Of a stretch of DNA of 26,553 nucleotides, positions 8,640 through 18,174 are shown one piece after another. Position 1 is the first letter of the stretch; the number at the start of each line of letters is the position of its first letter. A program made the position numbers and the translations under genes. The stretch is from Gemmatimonadota bacterium (GTDB lineage Bacteria; Gemmatimonadota; Gemmatimonadetes; Gemmatimonadales; GWC2-71-9), in assembly GCA_003221005.1 (NCBI GenBank), contig QHTZ01000053.1:1-26553 (forward strand), written 5' to 3'. The notes beneath the pieces are model-generated. The model was not told the origin of the DNA, searched no databases, and saw only the letters and a program-made list of their open reading frames with translations.

Positions 8640-11600
8640 TTAGAACGTCGGGCCGAGGCTGACCGTCCAGTATGGGCGGTTATACGATCGGTCGAGCGGC
8701 CGCGTGTAGTCGAATCGCAGGATCAGGAACCCGAGCAGGTTGGCGCGGATCGACCCCCCCCAGCTCTGGAGCGGCGTGCGACAATCTCGAGCCGGGTCGC
8801 ACGCGCTGGGTCGCGTCTCGAGCTGCGAGCCGTTTTGCCAGGCGATGCCGACGTCATAGAAGATGGCGCCCTCGATCGGCGGTAACCCGATGGGGAGGAA
8901 CCCGAGCGTGAGGGTGCGCGTCAGGGGGAACCGCAGCTCGACGTTGGCGACCGCGACGCGGGAGCCGATGAGCTGGTCTAGGGCACTGCACCCGGTGGTG
9001 CCGCTCGCCGGCAGCCCGAACAGCGGAGCGACGTTGCTGACCTGCGCCACGCACTCGTGGTTGATCAGCGACCACGCCGTGTAGCCCCGGATCAAGTCGG
9101 TGTTGCCCAAGAATACGGGGAACTGGTTCGCGTCCCGGCCCACTCGCCCGTAGAGCAGGGTCCGCACCGCGAGAGTGAACGGCCGGGCGAACAGGTACTT
9201 CCGCAGGTCGGCGGTGCCCCCGACGAACTTCCAGCCGCCGATCGCCGGCGCGATCTGGAGACGGGAGCGGGACCCGGCGAACGGTCCCACGAACCCGAAG
9301 AGCGCGTCGTCGTTGACCAGGGCGAGGGTCGGTGCGACGTAGCCGATCGACGGACGGCCGATCGTCTGCTGGTTGAGCACGTTGAGGTATGCGCCGGTCC
9401 GGTCGTAGAACTGCTGCTGCTCCAGAATCGCGTCGCCCAGGCCGACGAAGTGGAAGCCGAGCTCCACCCGGCTGAAGCGGCTGAACGGATAGTACGCGGT
9501 CGCGAAGACGTCGCGTACCACCAGTCGGCGGATGCGGGTCGAGAACACCACGGAGGTATCTCCGGGGACCCCGGGCGTCCCCACGACGGAGACCGCGCTC
9601 GGTATGTAGAAGTAAAGCGGACTCTGGGACAGCCCCATCCCCCAATTCAGTCGCTGGCTCAGGTTGATGTAGTTGGCGAACACCTGTGCCTCGCTCAGCC
9701 GCCCGTTGAGCCCGCCTCCGAGCTGGACTACCCGGTCGCCAAGCATGTCGGAGAGCGAAATGGCTGTGCCCCCGAAGATGCCCCGCCCGAAGTTATTCCG
9801 CGTGTACCCGACGGTCGGCTGGGCCACGAAGTCGGTCGTGAAGCGCGTGCGGTAGGGGCGGATCGTGAACTCGCTGGTGTCCGGCAGCGCGAGCGTGGCG
9901 GAGTCGAGGAGCGAGCGGACCGAGACCGCGTTCGAGTCGGCGCGGCTCGAGTCGGCGGTCGGCGGCGTCGCGGCCGACGACCGGAGCCCGGCGGCCGAGC
10001 GGTAGATGGACGTCGCCTCATTGGGTCGCTCAGGGGGCGTCACGGCGACGACGGTCGCGGGAGTCGCCGCCGTGTCCCGGGAGGGCGGTGTGAGCAGCGA
10101 GAAGACCAGCGGCTTCGCCGGCTCCTGATACGGGTGCCGCCGCAGCGACCGCGGGTTGTCCAGCGCGTAGACGTCGTAGTCGCCGTCCTGATAGTAGGTG
10201 AAGGCGAGGCGGTCGGCCTTGTGCGCCCAGGAGAGACAGGGGGAGAACGGCGTGATGCCCGAGACCCCCGTGTACACGTCGGACAGCTGGTAGATGTTGC
10301 CGTCCGTCAAGTCGTACATGAAGATGTTGCTGATCCCAGTCCGATCCGAGACGAATGCGAGCGACTTCCCGTCGGGCGCCCACACGGGGTTGATGTTCTT
10401 GCCCCGGTCCATGTGATTGAGCAGCTCGATGCTGCCCGAGTTGAGATGGTACAGCGCGACCCGCATGTTGCCGAAGCGCAGCGTGGTGAAATCGGTCCCG
10501 GGGCCGCGGTCAGTGGTGAACGCGATTGTCTTGCCGTCCGGTGACCACGCAGGCGATGAACAGGTCCGACCACCCGCCATCATACCCCGTGAAGACAAGC
10601 TGCCGGCCGTCGGGGGACCACGAGGGGCTCGTGACTCCGTTCAGCGGAATGGCGATGCGCCCGACCTCCCGATCCCGCTTCACGTCGAGGATCACCAGGT
10701 CGTCGCGGTCCTTGTGCTTCACGGCGATGGCGAAGGACTGGCCGTCGGGGGCGAACGAACCCGCCGAATTGATGAAGCGGAGGCTCTCGTAATTCGTGTT
10801 CACGGTCGACTTGATCAACCGGCGCTTGACGCGGCCGGTCTCCGCGTCCCCCAAGTAGAGATCGACGAAGAACGATTTTCCCTCGGTGAGGAACGCGATG
10901 TCCTTGCCGTCGGGCGAGAGCGCGGGAGCTAGGTGGTAGGACCCGCCCGACCGCTGCTGTGACAGAATGCCCTTGGCGATGCGTCGGGCCCGATAGTGGT
11001 CGACGAGCTGGGGAAGGAAGGTCGTTTGGACCGCGTCATGCCAGTCCTCTGAGAGCTCCTCGAGCGACCGCCCCAGCGCGCGTCGGAAGGCGAAATCGAT
11101 CCCTCTGGACGAGGCCGAGCCCTGGAGGATCTCGCCGATGACCTCGTCGCCCCAGCGCTCGCCGATGTAGGCCCACAGGGCGTGGCCGAAGTGGTAAGGG
11201 AAGACCCGCGGGTCGAAGGTCATCTGCTCGATCGTGGGCAGGTGCCCTTCCAGGGCGGCGTCCCGCAGCGACATCGCGGTCAGGGGGTCGATCGGGCCGA
11301 GTGACAGGTACTCCGCCATCCCCTCCATGTACCAGAGCGGCGGGTTTACGGCGTTGAGCATTTGCATGCCCCCCCCGCTTTGGCCGCGGCTGAATACGTC
11401 GAACTGGAACTGGTGCACCATCTCGTGCTGGAGCACGTGCTCGAGCTCGGCGTAGGAGCCCGTGAAGGGCAGCACCATGCGATGCTTCAAGACTTCCGTC
11501 ACGCCCCCCACGCCCTCACCACCCACACTAGTGACGTTTGTCTGCTGGAAGTCCGACCCCGACGCGTACAGGATGATTGGCTTGCGCGCCTGGAACTGGT

Positions 11601-11835
11601 GGTGCAGGATCCTCGACAGCCGCGCGTAGCCGCGCTCCGCCATGCGCGCCGCGTCAAGCGCCGCAGCGCGCTCCCGCTCGTAGAAATAGACCTCGAAGTG
11701 CTCCGTCCGGATGACCTGGAAGGTGAAGCTGCTGTACTGGACTTTGTTCTTGCCGAAGTACTGCGCCGCCATCGGTGCCGCACCGCAGAGTAGGAGCGCC
11801 GCCGCCAGTCCACTGAACCGTCGCATAAGGCTCAT
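8640..11835 (-). pseudogene. Peptidase-MA-like / PD40 (TolB-like) propeller / Omp85 (BamA/TamA-family) barrel protein, split by a frameshifting deletion at 10553/10554
   Basis: 5' ORF (11835-10510): signal peptide, HEMVH plus PLWYMEGMAEY zincin motif, and SPDG repeats. 3' frame (to 8640): more WSPDG/WAPDG repeats and a beta-barrel with IRGY, NVELRFP and C-terminal WTVSLGPTF. The frames join at TTC ATC G|CCT GCG TGG. May be an assembly artefact. Confidence 0.8.
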
Positions 11836-12236
11836 CCTTTCGACCCGCCCTCGGGGGCGGTGAAAACCAGCGGGGCGTCACCCCACAGGCGCTCGAGCTG
11901 ATAGAAGTCCCGCAGCTCGGGATGGAAAACGTGTACCACGAAATCTACATAATCGAGCAGCACCCAGCGCCCCTGCGGAAGGCCCTCGACGTGGTGGGGC
12001 CGCACCCCCCGGGGGGCCAGTTGAGCCAGCAGGTGCTCGGCCATCCCCCGCACGTGCGCATCCGAGGTCCCGGAAACGATCACGAAGTAATCGGCTGCCG
12101 CCGTCAGACCCCGGAGGTCGAGCACTACGGGATCCACCGCCTTGCGATCCGCGAGCGCCGCGGACACGAGCCGCAGCGCCTCGGGCGGGCGTCCCCGCCG
12201 CGGGCGTGGCGACCGGCTTTTCCCCGTGGTAGTCAT
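11832..12236 (-). CDS. rsfS: Ribosome silencing factor
   Basis: DRKAVDPVVLDL, DYFVIVSGTSDAHV, EG...WVLLDYVDFVVHVF...RDFYQLERLWGDA. Confidence 0.95.
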   Translation of the reverse strand: MTTTGKSRSPRPRRGRPPEALRLVSAALADRKAVDPVVLDLRGLTAAADYFVIVSGTSDAHVRGMAEHLLAQLAPRGVRPHHVEGLPQGRWVLLDYVDFVVHVFHPELRDFYQLERLWGDAPLVFTAPEGGSKG

Positions 12237-12270
12237 AACGACAGGTTCACCCGTTTGTTCCGCGCAGCCG

Positions 12271-12714
12271 CTACTCCTTCACCACGGTCACGAGGATCTC
12301 CGGCCGCACGTCGGGATGGATCTTGATGCCGACGCGGAACTCGCCGAGCTCGTGGATTGGCTCGGGCAAGTCCACCTTGCGCTTGTCGACGTGGATCCCT
12401 GTTTCCTCGAGCTTGCGTTGGATGTCGCTCGCCGTCACCGAGCCGTACAGCTTGTCCTCCTCGCCCACCTTGACGACGAACGTGAGCTGCACGGCGGCCA
12501 GGCTGGCGGCCTCGGTCTCGGCGACGGACTTTTCGGCGGCCCGCTGCTTGGCGATCCGCGCAGCCTCGAACGTGATGCGCTTCTTGTTGGCCTCGGTCGC
12601 GGGGTAGGCGAGCCCCTTGGGAAGCAGATAGTTGCGGGCGTAGCCGTCCTTGACCTTGACCACGTCACCCGCTCTGCCGAGGTGCTGCACGTCTTCCCGC
12701 AAAATGATCTCCAT
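12271..12714 (-). CDS. rplI: 50S ribosomal protein L9
   Basis: MEIILREDVQHLGRAGDVVKVKDGYARNYLLPKG, KLYGSVT. ATG at 12714 overlaps the upstream TGA. Confidence 0.97.
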   Translation of the reverse strand: MEIILREDVQHLGRAGDVVKVKDGYARNYLLPKGLAYPATEANKKRITFEAARIAKQRAAEKSVAETEAASLAAVQLTFVVKVGEEDKLYGSVTASDIQRKLEETGIHVDKRKVDLPEPIHELGEFRVGIKIHPDVRPEILVTVVKE

Positions 12715-13607
12715 CAGGATCCTCCCGAGACGTTCGGTCGGCTGGCCAGCCGGCGCCGGAATTCGAGCCACGTGTCGGTGACGCCCAGGGTTGCGAGTCC
12801 CGGGAGAATGAACACGAGCGGCACGGCGAGCACCGCGGACACCACGAGCGCGCCCACGAGCGCCGCGGGCGAGATGCCGAGCACGCCCGCGAACGCTACC
12901 ACGATCGCCGCCCCGCGCAGCAGATACAATGCGCCTAGCACCACCAGCAGGTTGAGCGCGGCGGTCTTAAGCGCGCCAAACAGCGGCGTGATCCACACGG
13001 CGATCGCAGCGACGACGGCCCACACCCACGGGTCGGCGAAGCCGAACTCGCGGAACGGTCCCAGCGGCTCGCCGAGGGGGCGCGGCGCGACGAGCTGGTG
13101 CCACTGCCATGCCAGCGCCAGCCCGGCGAGCCCCTCGAGCACGAGGGTCGCCGGAAAGGTCTCGCCCAGGAAGCGCACCGCAGGCTCGAACATGGCGTAC
13201 ACCTCGGGCCGGACCTCCACCAGAAAGCGCAGCATCGTGCTGGCCTGGCGGGTCGCGTCCCACTCGAGCATCTCTCCGGCGCTCTGACCGAGGACGACCC
13301 GCGCGAGCGCCAGGGCGACACCGAGCCCGAGGACGCAGGTGCGCAGCGCTTGCCGCTGGAACCGGGCGGGAGCGACGACAGTGAGCACTGCAAACGCCGC
13401 GGAGACGATCACCACGTACGCCCGCACCAGCCCCGCGAGGAGGTCGTGCTCCCCGGCCACGAGCAGCGCGGCGCTCGCGAGCCCCACGAGCAGGGCCGTC
13501 GCCCACTGAGCGGGGGCACGCGGGCGCGCCGCGAGCGTGAGGCAGGCGAACGGCAGGCCGACGAGGGTAACGGGCGCCCACACGGCGAATGCGATGCTCG
13601 CCAGCAC
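12714..13607 (-). CDS. Polytopic membrane protein, DUF2232/YybS-like
   Basis: About 8 hydrophobic segments, F-R-E-F-x-F-x-D-x-W and G-x-x-D-T-W-x-x-F-R-R-R near the C-terminus. Sits in the usual rpsR-to-rplI position. Confidence 0.75.
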   Translation of the reverse strand: MLASIAFAVWAPVTLVGLPFACLTLAARPRAPAQWATALLVGLASAALLVAGEHDLLAGLVRAYVVIVSAAFAVLTVVAPARFQRQALRTCVLGLGVALALARVVLGQSAGEMLEWDATRQASTMLRFLVEVRPEVYAMFEPAVRFLGETFPATLVLEGLAGLALAWQWHQLVAPRPLGEPLGPFREFGFADPWVWAVVAAIAVWITPLFGALKTAALNLLVVLGALYLLRGAAIVVAFAGVLGISPAALVGALVVSAVLAVPLVFILPGLATLGVTDTWLEFRRRLASRPNVSGGS

Positions 13608-13632
13608 GAGCCGCCAAGGGCGGCGGGCGATA

Positions 13633-13851
13633 TCAGCCGTAGCGCTTGATGTAGGGGAGCAGGGCGAGCTGGCGCGCCCGCTTGATCGCCGTCTGCAGCT
13701 GGCGCTGGTGCCGCGAGCACATCCCCGAGAGCCGGCTCGGCAGGATCTTGCCGCGCTCGGTCAGAAAGCGGCCCAGGGTGCGGTCGTCCTTGTAGTCCAA
13801 GACGCGCACGCCGGACTCGCACACGGGGCAGGTCTTGGCGGGGCGTCTCAT
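13633..13851 (-). CDS. rpsR: 30S ribosomal protein S18 (Zn-binding CxxC...CxxH form)
   Basis: [40 protein letters not shown]. Confidence 0.97.
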   Translation of the reverse strand: MRRPAKTCPVCESGVRVLDYKDDRTLGRFLTERGKILPSRLSGMCSRHQRQLQTAIKRARQLALLPYIKRYG

Positions 13852-14213
13852 ACCTCTTCCTCCTCTTCGATCTCCTCTACGTCGGCGGCGATCGCGGGAG
13901 CGGGGACGGGCTTTACGGGCTCCCCTTCGTTCACCACCATCAGGAAGCGGAGCACGCCCTCGTCGAGCTTGACCGCCCGCTGGTACTCGGGGAGCAGGTC
14001 CGCCGCGGCCTCGAACTGCGCCACGACGTAGTAGCCGCTGTCGCGCTTCTTGACCGGGTAGGCGAGCGTGCGCTTTCCCCAGTGCGCCACATTGGTGAGC
14101 GCGCCAGTGCCCCCCCTGGTGATCAGGGCATGGAACCGCTCGAGCTTTTCGTTGATGGCGGGCTCTTCCAGGGCGCTGTCAAAGATGTAGACCGTCTCGT
14201 AGCGACGGGTCAT
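13848..14213 (-). CDS. rpsF: 30S ribosomal protein S6
   Basis: [12 protein letters not shown]...[12 protein letters not shown]...GYY...VLRFLMV with an acidic tail. ATG 14213 follows a GGGAGG RBS. Confidence 0.96.
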   Translation of the reverse strand: MTRRYETVYIFDSALEEPAINEKLERFHALITRGGTGALTNVAHWGKRTLAYPVKKRDSGYYVVAQFEAAADLLPEYQRAVKLDEGVLRFLMVVNEGEPVKPVPAPAIAADVEEIEEEEEV

Positions 14214-14217
14214 GCCA

Positions 14218-14286
14218 CCTCCCTTTGGTCGTAGGCGACCCGGCGCAGGTGCGGCGCCGAGTAGGGAATTTGTGCGGCGAAAGATA
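14218..14286 (-). promoter_or_regulatory. rpsF -10 box and structured 5' leader that can sequester the SD (candidate S6:S18 autoregulatory element)
   Basis: TATCTT at 14286-14281. Leader UUCCCU can pair with SD AGGGAG, enclosing hairpins CGGCGC/GCGCCG and GGUCG/CGACC. Confidence 0.5.
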
Positions 14287-14349
14287 GAGCGGTGCCGGAG
14301 GGCGGGGAAGGGCTGGCGCACACGCCGGCAGCCGGCTAGTCTCGCATTC

Positions 14350-15087
14350 GTGGTCCGCGCGCGTTCGTACCTGTGGATCGCCCTGATGCTCGCGACTCCG
14401 TCGTCCACGCTCGCCCAGCAGGACTCCGCCCGCATCGAAGGGACCGCGCGGTCCGCCCTGAACGGGCGGCCGCTGGCGGGCGTCATGGTGACGGTGCGGG
14501 ACACCAGGATCTTCAGCGTCACGGATTCGACCGGAACGTTCGCGCTCGGCGGCCTCCCATCGGGTCGGCGCGGGGTGCGCATTCGCTACGGGGACAGTCT
14601 CTCGTACACGCAGGACGTGACGCTCCAACGCGGCAAGACCCTCATCCTTGCCGTGCTGCTCGACGTGAGCGCGGTCGAGTTGGCGCCGGTCGTCGTCGAG
14701 GCCCAGAGCGTCGCGGCGCTCCGCAGCCTCGTGGCGTTCTACGACCGCAAGCGGCTCGGTTTTGGGCGGTACTACACGCCCGAGGAGCTGGCGCGGCGCC
14801 GCGGACTGAGGCTCACCACCCTGCTACTCGAAGCGGGCGTTCAGGTCCGGTGCCGCTTGGCGCTGTGCGTACCCGTAGTGGTGGGGCCTCGGCTCACGGG
14901 GGACCCGACATGCATCCCGACGCTGTACCTCGATGGCTTGCCGACATTCGCCAACGATGTCAACGAGTTCTGGGCGGACGAGCTGGCGGCTTTAGAGATC
15001 TACAAGAGGGCGGGCGATGTACCGCCCGAGTTCAACCGTGATTACTTGGGCGGTTGCGGGGCGATCGTCATGTGGAGCCGCCGCTAG
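14350..15087 (+). CDS. Exported protein: carboxypeptidase-regulatory-like domain plus TonB-receptor plug-like domain, no barrel
   Basis: Signal peptide YLWIALMLATPSSTLAQ, then IEG..R...GRPLAGV.V...TDSTGTFALGGLPSG, ELAPVVVEA, and C-terminal YLDG...ELAALEIYK...VPPEF...CGAIVMWSR. Start approximate (GTG 14350 or ATG 14386). Confidence 0.75.
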   Translation: MVRARSYLWIALMLATPSSTLAQQDSARIEGTARSALNGRPLAGVMVTVRDTRIFSVTDSTGTFALGGLPSGRRGVRIRYGDSLSYTQDVTLQRGKTLILAVLLDVSAVELAPVVVEAQSVAALRSLVAFYDRKRLGFGRYYTPEELARRRGLRLTTLLLEAGVQVRCRLALCVPVVVGPRLTGDPTCIPTLYLDGLPTFANDVNEFWADELAALEIYKRAGDVPPEFNRDYLGGCGAIVMWSRR

Positions 15088-15127
15088 CCCTGGCGGCCGG
15101 CGTCTCGCCCGCGTAGACATCAAAACG

Positions 15128-15397
15128 ATGCCTCACGTCACCTTCACGCAGAACATTCAACGTCACGTCTCCTGCCCGGAGACCGAGGCGGAAGGGCGCA
15201 CCGTGCGCGAAGTGCTGGACCGAGTCTTCGCGGCCAACCCGCGCGCCCGCGACTACGTGCTCGACGATCAGGGCGCCGTCCGACGGCACATGGTGGTCTT
15301 CGTGGACGGGCGGCAGATCCGCGACCGCACGCAGCTGACCGATCCCGTCCCGGCCGATGGAGAAGTGTGCGTGATGCAGGCGCTCTCGGGCGGATGA
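15128..15397 (+). CDS. ThiS/MoaD-family ubiquitin-like (beta-grasp) protein
   Basis: 89 aa from ATG 15128. G-x-TV-x-E-x-L, VLDDQG, VFVDG and a C-terminal ALSGG diglycine. Confidence 0.9.
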   Translation: MPHVTFTQNIQRHVSCPETEAEGRTVREVLDRVFAANPRARDYVLDDQGAVRRHMVVFVDGRQIRDRTQLTDPVPADGEVCVMQALSGG

Positions 15398-16515
15398 GCG
15401 ACCGGCTCTTCGTCGCCACCCGCAAGGGTCTGTTCACGATCGAGCGCGGTAAGGCGCGGCGGGCCGGTCGCTGGGCCGTCACGCGCACCCATTTCCTCGC
15501 CGATAACGCCTCGATCGTCCTCCCCGACCGGCGGAATGGCTCCGTCTACGTCGCGCTCGGCCACGGGCATTTCGGCGTGAAGCTGCACCGCAGCGCGAAC
15601 GGCGGGCGCAGCTGGGAGCCGTGCGCGGCGCCTACCTATCCCCCCAAGCCCGAGGGAGTCGACGATCGGGAGCCCAACTCCGGGCGTCCCATTCCCTGGA
15701 ACACCGAGCTCGTGTGGGCGCTCGAGCCGGGGCACCGCTCGGAGCCGGGGACGCTGTGGTGCGGCACGCTGCCGGGTGGGCTGTTCCGCTCGCGCGACCG
15801 CGGCGCTTCGTGGCAGCTCATCGAGTCGCTCTGGAACCACCCTAAGCGACGGGAGTGGGTGGGCGGTGGCGCGGAGCTCCCGGGCCTGCACTCGGTCTGC
15901 GTGGATCCGCGCGACGCGCGCCGCGTCGCGGTCGCGGTGTCGTGCGGCGGGGCGTGGCTCACGCGGGACGGCGGCGCTAGCTGGGAGATCCGCGCGCAGG
16001 GGATGCGCGCGGCGTACATGCCCCCCGAGCGCCAGTACGATCCCAACGTCCAAGACCCGCATCACATGGTGCAGTGCCCGGCGGCGCCCGACGTCCTGTG
16101 GGTGCAGCACCACAACGGAGTGTTCCGGTCAACCGACGGCGCCGCTTCGTGGCGCGAGATCACGACCGTCAAGCCGGCAGCTTTCGGGTTCGCGGTGGCC
16201 GTACACCCCGAGGATCCCGACACGGCGTGGTTCGTTCCCGGGGTGAGCGACGAGCAGCGCATTCCCGCCAAGGGCAATGTCGTCGTGGCGCGCACCCGGA
16301 ACGGCGGGAAAAGCTTCCAGGTCCTCACCAAGGGCCTGCCACAGCGCCACGCTTACGATCTCACCTATCGCCACGCGCTCGACGTGGACGAGACCGGGAA
16401 GCGGCTCGCCTTCGGCACGACGACGGGATCGCTCTGGGTGTCCGAGAACCAAGGGGACAGCTGGGAGACGGTCTCAGAGCATCTGCCGCCGGTGTACTGC
16501 GTTCGCTTCGCGTAG
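15394..16515 (+). CDS. BNR/Asp-box beta-propeller protein (sialidase/glycosyl-hydrolase-like fold), cytoplasmic
   Basis: Six Asp-box-like repeats (SANGGRSW, SRDRGASW, TRDGGASW, STDGAASW, TRNGGKSF, SENQGDSW). No signal peptide. ATGA overlap with the Ubl gene. Confidence 0.85.
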   Translation: MSDRLFVATRKGLFTIERGKARRAGRWAVTRTHFLADNASIVLPDRRNGSVYVALGHGHFGVKLHRSANGGRSWEPCAAPTYPPKPEGVDDREPNSGRPIPWNTELVWALEPGHRSEPGTLWCGTLPGGLFRSRDRGASWQLIESLWNHPKRREWVGGGAELPGLHSVCVDPRDARRVAVAVSCGGAWLTRDGGASWEIRAQGMRAAYMPPERQYDPNVQDPHHMVQCPAAPDVLWVQHHNGVFRSTDGAASWREITTVKPAAFGFAVAVHPEDPDTAWFVPGVSDEQRIPAKGNVVVARTRNGGKSFQVLTKGLPQRHAYDLTYRHALDVDETGKRLAFGTTTGSLWVSENQGDSWETVSEHLPPVYCVRFA

Positions 16516-16524
16516 CTGAACGCG

Positions 16525-17628
16525 CTACACGTTGAACCTGAACAGCAGAATGTCTCCGTCCCGCACCACGTAGTCCCGCCCCTCGCTCCGTACCAGCCCC
16601 TGCTCGCGCGCGGCCTTGTAGGAGCCCGCCTTCACGAAGTCCGCGAACGTGACGGTCTCGGCGCGGATAAACCCGCGCTGGAAATCCGAGTGGATCTCCC
16701 CCGCGGCCGCGAACGCGGTGGCGCCGCGATGCATTGTCCACGCGCGCACTTCGTTGTCACCGACTGTGAAGAAGGTCTCCAGCCCGAGCAGGCGGTAGCC
16801 CGCGTGGATCAGGCGGTCGAGCCCGGGCTCCGTGACACCCGCCGCCGCGAGGTACTCCTGCCGCTCGGCACCCGACAGGTCGGCGAGCTCAGCCTCGAAC
16901 TTTGCCGAGAAGAGCACGATGTCGGCCTCCTCGTGGTGCGATTGCACGGCGGCGCGCAGCGCCTCGATGCGGCGGCCGCCGCCCGAGGCGAGGTCATCCT
17001 CGTTCACGTTGGCGGCGTATAAGATCGGCTTCGCGGTGAGGAGGCCGAGCTGCCGCAGGGCGTGGACGGCCTGCTCGGTCTCTCCGGCCTCGCGCGCCCC
17101 CCGGCCCGCGTTCAGCTCGTCCACGACCCGCTCGAGCAGCGCCAGCTCGGCCTGCGCGTCCTTGTCGCCGGCGCGCGCAGTCTTGCGCGTCTTCTCGAGC
17201 CGGCGCTCGACCACTCCCAGGTCCGCTAGGGCGAGCTCGCTCGTAACCACGTCGTGGTCGCGCACCGGGTCTACGGGGCCCATCACGTGCACGACGTCTG
17301 GGTCGTCAAAGCAGCGGATCACGTGCACGACTGCGTCCACCTCGCGGATATGCGAGAGGAACTGGTTGCCGAGCCCCTCGCCCTGCGAGGCGCCCTTGAC
17401 GAGCCCCGCGATGTCCACGAACTCGACCACGGCCGGCACCTTCTTCTTCGGCCGCACCACGTCGAACAGCTTGTCCAGGCGGGGATCGGGCACTTCGACG
17501 ACGCCCACGTTCGGCTCGACCGTGCAGAAGGGATAGTTCTCGGCCGCGGCGGCCTTCGAAGACGTCAGCGCGTTGAAGAGGGTCGACTTCCCCACGTTGG
17601 GGAGGCCGACGATGCCGAGCCGCAGCAC
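16525..17628 (-). CDS. ychF: Redox-regulated ATPase YchF (Obg family)
   Basis: GIVGLPNVGKSTLFNALT, NYPFCTVEPN, DIAGLVKGASQGEGLGNQFL, TGS domain AGEIHSDFQRGFIRAE. Confidence 0.97.
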   Translation of the reverse strand: MLRLGIVGLPNVGKSTLFNALTSSKAAAAENYPFCTVEPNVGVVEVPDPRLDKLFDVVRPKKKVPAVVEFVDIAGLVKGASQGEGLGNQFLSHIREVDAVVHVIRCFDDPDVVHVMGPVDPVRDHDVVTSELALADLGVVERRLEKTRKTARAGDKDAQAELALLERVVDELNAGRGAREAGETEQAVHALRQLGLLTAKPILYAANVNEDDLASGGGRRIEALRAAVQSHHEEADIVLFSAKFEAELADLSGAERQEYLAAAGVTEPGLDRLIHAGYRLLGLETFFTVGDNEVRAWTMHRGATAFAAAGEIHSDFQRGFIRAETVTFADFVKAGSYKAAREQGLVRSEGRDYVVRDGDILLFRFNV

Positions 17629-18171
17629 TCAGCGCACGCCTTCCGTCACCCACTGCGTCACCGCGTCCACCAGCTGCGGGATGATCGCCTCCACCTGCTC
17701 CAGCTGCTCCGGCGTAAACGGGGCCAACACGTACTCGCTCCAGTCCGTCACCCCTTCGGGCAGCGGCCCCACCCCGATACGCAGCCTGGCGTACTGCTGC
17801 GACTGCAGCGCCCCTTCGATGCTCTTGAGCCCGTTGTGGCCCCCCGCGGACCCTTCGGCGCGCAGCCGGAAAGTGCCGCACGGAATCTGGAAGTCGTCCA
17901 CGAGGACTAGGAGGTCCGTGGCTGGGTTGAAGGCGGGATCGGCGCGCAGCGAAGCGAGCGCGGCGCCGCTGTGGTTCATGTAGGTAGTCGGCTTCAGCAC
18001 GCGGACGGGGACGCCGTCCACTTCACCGGCGGTGGCGCGGGCCCGCTCGGCGCGCCGGAACGGCGGCAACCCCCAGCGGGCGACGACCGCGTCGGCCAGC
18101 CAGAATCCCGCATTGTGCCGCGTCGCCGCGTACTCGGGATCCGGGTTCCCGAGACCGACCACGGCGCGCAA
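17629..18171 (-). CDS. pth: Peptidyl-tRNA hydrolase
   Basis: VGLGNP..EYAATRHNAGF, KPTTYMNHSG, GSAGGHNGLKSI, RLRIGVG. Confidence 0.96.
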   Translation of the reverse strand: MRAVVGLGNPDPEYAATRHNAGFWLADAVVARWGLPPFRRAERARATAGEVDGVPVRVLKPTTYMNHSGAALASLRADPAFNPATDLLVLVDDFQIPCGTFRLRAEGSAGGHNGLKSIEGALQSQQYARLRIGVGPLPEGVTDWSEYVLAPFTPEQLEQVEAIIPQLVDAVTQWVTEGVR

Positions 18172-18174
18172 CGG

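Noticed and set aside
10540-10570. Programmed ribosomal frameshift in the Omp85 gene
   Set aside because: No slippery run is present, and about 20 codons of the propeller blade are missing, which indicates a deletion.
13633-14213. Absence of ssb/priB between rpsF and rpsR
   Set aside because: Direct rpsF-rpsR adjacency is common in many lineages.
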